Origin: Catajapyx aquilonaris
Taxonomy: Eukaryota
Length of the DNA: 38,772 nt
Reading direction: 5' to 3'
Assembly: GCA_000934665.2 (NCBI GenBank)
Contig: KZ538954.1
Coordinates: 1 to 38,772 of the forward strand
This document shows, in pieces, positions 36,173 to 38,772 of the stretch. Every line of letters starts with the position of its first letter. Position 1 is the stretch's first letter. The notes under the pieces were generated by a model, which was given only the letters and a program-made list of their open reading frames with translations, ran no database searches and was not told the origin of the DNA. The position numbers were made by a program, and so were the translations under genes.

Positions 36173-37484
36173 GCTTATACGAAAAAATTTCTAGTCAAAA
36201 TTCACTTTGTTCTCTCCTGTACTGTATTATACAAAACGCTTTACCTGGCCCTAAAGTCAAAGCGCTTTTTTCGGCAAGGTAAAAAAAACGGTTCCTAATT
36301 TAGCATCGAGACCTAACTGAACACAAAAGCCCGCATCCTGTAGTCTAAAGTTATCGAAGGGCTAGAAGGTTAGGGCCACAAGCCATCAATCGATCCGAAG
36401 GATGAAGCCAAGGAAGTATCACGTCCTGATCAACTTCTTTCCCCCCATCAAGGAAAGGTTTCTAAGGAAAGGAAGGAAGGGAAAAAAAAGTAAAAGGCAA
36501 GTGCACGTCTCAGGAAAGGAGATTCCTAGATGAAGGCGTCAGGTGGAAGGTTCTCTTTCCCTGCCGCCATTATCCTGCTGGGACCCCCACCAAAAACCTT
36601 CGCTTCTTACCAGCTGTGACTCTCATTAAGGGTTTGGAAGGGGGGGGGGGTGGATATAGTCCTTTCTAAAGTACGTGCGGATTCAACCCAATTTTTGGAA
36701 CAATTCATGCCAAACTTTCCTGCTATCACGTCGGGGGTGTCAACGTTGGACCGATATTGGATAAAGTATAAACCACTCAAATTTGACCAAAAAAAACTGG
36801 CTCAAACTTATGAGTCTGTGTAACATAACCCGTTGTCGCATTATCACATTTACAGCCTGATTTTTAAAATGGACTGATTCAATGGTCCTGCAAACGGCAT
36901 CAGTTTCAAACCTATGATATAAACTTCCTTCTCAGAAAGTACCAAAAAAAAAAGCCTATTCAAATGCTGTGAAAGTAATACGAGTAAAAAGTGAGGGTGC
37001 ATGGCATTTTGCAAATGATGGCGGCCACTTATTGCGGAGAGTCTAGTTACAGCCTCGTAATGCGAACCTTTTCCGACAGGAAATGTGGCGTGTAATGCAC
37101 TAGTTTAGAGTCTGGATCTAGATGGAGGTTTTAAAAAAAAAGAAATGATGTAAAACCGCAATGAGGGTAAGTCAAGTGTGTCAACCCGAATCTCGATGCT
37201 AGGATTTTAGGTTTTAGAAAAAAATGGGGTTGTGCATTTTTTATTGCAAACACTCACGATTTGTGATTAAGGTTTTTTTTTTTTGGTTTGTAAGGGACGG
37301 AAATTTGGGAGGTCGACCATTTGGGAAGCGAGAGGTGCGTCCGAATAGGCATGACCAAGGGACCACACACGCACTAAATTCGATTTAAAAAAATGTTTAC
37401 ACAAACTTTTGATGTAAAAGGCTCCAGGATATGTGAAAAGTGTGCAATATTCTCGAATAAAAATTCATTATAGTTTCCTCACAT

Positions 37485-37527
37485 TTCGGACACAGCTATT
37501 GGCCCCAGCGGACAAGCTGTGTCCGAA
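37485..37527. repeat. Perfect 13-bp inverted repeat with a 17-nt loop
   Basis: TTCGGACACAGCT (37485-37497) and AGCTGTGTCCGAA (37515-37527). Confidence 0.85.
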
Positions 37528-38477
37528 CGTACATGCCTGGCGAGGTTGGCACTAAATCCGCGAATGTTCCATCCGACATCCGGCGGTGAGAAGCGAATCA
37601 GTTAGGACGCCACCCCACTGCATGGGATCCAATTCATCAACCCCGCGCCAGACTCTGCTCCAACGACCATCTTGTTGTTGTCACCCATTTGGAACAGTCT
37701 GTCCGTCGTGAGCGCGCCATCTATGTGAGAGATATGATACTACGTGGTGGAAACTGTGACTTATGCCTGGCCGTAATTCCATGCAGAAACCGGTTTAATC
37801 CCATATGCCTAATTCCGTTCTGGCTTTATCTGAGGACTTGGATGAAAAACCTCCATGGATATAACACTGCAGCTCCCTTTCTAGCTAGGTTAGGCCAAAA
37901 CCCACCCCTTGGAAAACTCCTTTTCCTCGCACTTTGCCTCGGCAGAAAATGAAATTATAAGAGCGCCTCTGAGGCAGGTGAAAACTCCGGTGCTATTAGA
38001 ATGGCGCAATCCGGCTGGCTCCTGCAATAAGGGCCCCCGGACACTTTATTAGCGCCATTTGTTGTGGTCTGCCTTAAGTTCTTGCCCCTTCCTGGCACAA
38101 TGCATTATGTATTGTATATTGAATAAATCTTGCCCGAATTAATGTGGGGCCTTGCAACAACGACCCTGCCTTATTTTGCATATGCTGAGGGGGTCCCCCC
38201 CTTATATTCCACAAAGCGCGGTCTGGCGTTAAGCAAATTATTGCTCCAGTCTCATCAAAAGCATTGCTCTTCAAAGGCATGGAAAAAAAAACTCCTAATC
38301 TTAGGTCCATTGTAGCCCGGATAAATCCAATAACCCCGGTACAATCACTGAAGATCAAAGCCTTGTCGATAACGATCCCCCACTCTTCAGAGCCAAAGAG
38401 AAAGGACCTCTTGTACGGACTAGCGATGGGAAAACCTGCTAAATTGCATTACTATAGCTTACAGATGTACCTACTCA

Positions 38478-38772
38478 CTAGCAGTTAGCAGATATCGCCA
38501 AAAAGTAGCAGTTAAAATGTCACATTCGCTGCTAATTTTAGCTGCTACCCTACATCTATTTATAGCATAATATAAACTGCTAGTTTTAGCTGGTGTAATT
38601 AGCTGCTAATTTTAATCATTGTGGCTACAAAAACAGCTACTTACAGCATTAGCTGCTAATTATAGCTGCTGTGCAGCATTAAGAGCAATTTGTAGACTAA
38701 CTGCTCATTTTAGCCGATGTCATTACCCGCCAAATAAGAAAGCTGCAAATAGCGGTTAATGAAATATAGCTG
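38478..38772. repeat. Degenerate TAGCTGCTAA / TAGCAGTTA repeat array, truncated by the window end
   Basis: TAGCAGTTA orientation near 38479 and 38506, then roughly ten (A)GCTGCTA-like copies in the opposite orientation from about 38528 to the end. Confidence 0.75.

Overview
Eukaryotic, probably insect, genomic DNA from a draft assembly (one 148-N gap and three single Ns, all in or beside poly-G/C runs). The window is almost entirely non-coding. The only coding feature I can support is one 276-nt, phase 0/0 internal exon on the minus strand (5261-5536). Its 92-aa peptide resembles, from recall, the insect SKIP (Shal K+ channel interacting protein) / SAMD5-SASH1-like SAM-domain family. I found neither neighbouring exon, so the window is most likely two long introns (>5.2 kb and possibly >33 kb). 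These carry several minisatellite arrays, fold-back (MITE-like) inverted repeats and microsatellites. The other listed ORFs look spurious. I found no new protein-coding system. The most interesting signals are non-coding: (1) a 49-bp tandem duplication in which both copies have degenerate hammerhead-ribozyme architecture (32729-32830); (2) a consensus recursive-splice (ratchet point) motif on the strand opposite the exon (24679-24705), with a candidate TATA-Inr promoter 1.3 kb upstream; (3) a ~28-bp-period array of TATCGATA (DRE) palindromes; (4) a nested fold-back element with mutually exclusive hairpins; (5) three tandem CCAAT palindromes just downstream of the exon's donor site. All functional interpretations are untested hypotheses.
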